IMG/VR virus record: IMGVR_UViG_3300037516_001127
Location: 33,544-97,543 of that record
Reading direction: 5' to 3' (one strand)
DNA from: a virus
Length of the DNA stretch: 64,000 nucleotides
Each line of letters begins with the position of its first letter. The stretch's first letter is position 1. This document shows positions 63,986 to 64,000 of this stretch, in pieces. The position numbers and the translations under genes were made by a program. The notes below the pieces were generated by a model. The model had not been told where the DNA came from and searched no databases. It worked only from the letters and a program-made list of their open reading frames with translations.

Positions 63986-64000
63986 TTCTCCCCCGAATCC

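Overview
A 64-kb segment of a large contractile-tailed (myovirus-like) phage, probably infecting Actinobacteria (three WhiB genes, an Rpf/SceD-like transglycosylase, Gram-positive-type LexA boxes). The left two thirds hold the virion module, mostly on the minus strand: tail tube and sheath, neck genes, HK97-type major capsid protein, prohead protease, a portal-MuF fusion and a divergently transcribed large terminase. A plus-strand block with a class II ribonucleotide reductase interrupts it. The right third holds recombination and nucleotide genes (Sak/Rad52, PD-(D/E)XK nuclease, RuvC, SSB, dCMP deaminase), sigma-A-type promoters, a tRNA(CAT), minigenes and repeat clusters. The main observation is a ~22-kb array between the protease and capsid genes, plus two satellite genes elsewhere. 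It encodes large proteins sharing an N-terminal signature (a Lys site, a Gly/Arg-rich stretch, then [YF]DPxAxDxDxDxxxQ[ED]GTxxERP) but ending in different modifying-enzyme domains: HipA/PI3K-like kinases, GNAT acetyltransferases, ADP-ribosyltransferase-like domains and a zincin peptidase. Small genes are interleaved. This suggests a capsid-packaged polymorphic effector system. A separate promoter-proximal operon encodes a phosphatase and a deacetylase that could act as matching erasers. All domain calls come from reading motifs by eye, not from database searches.
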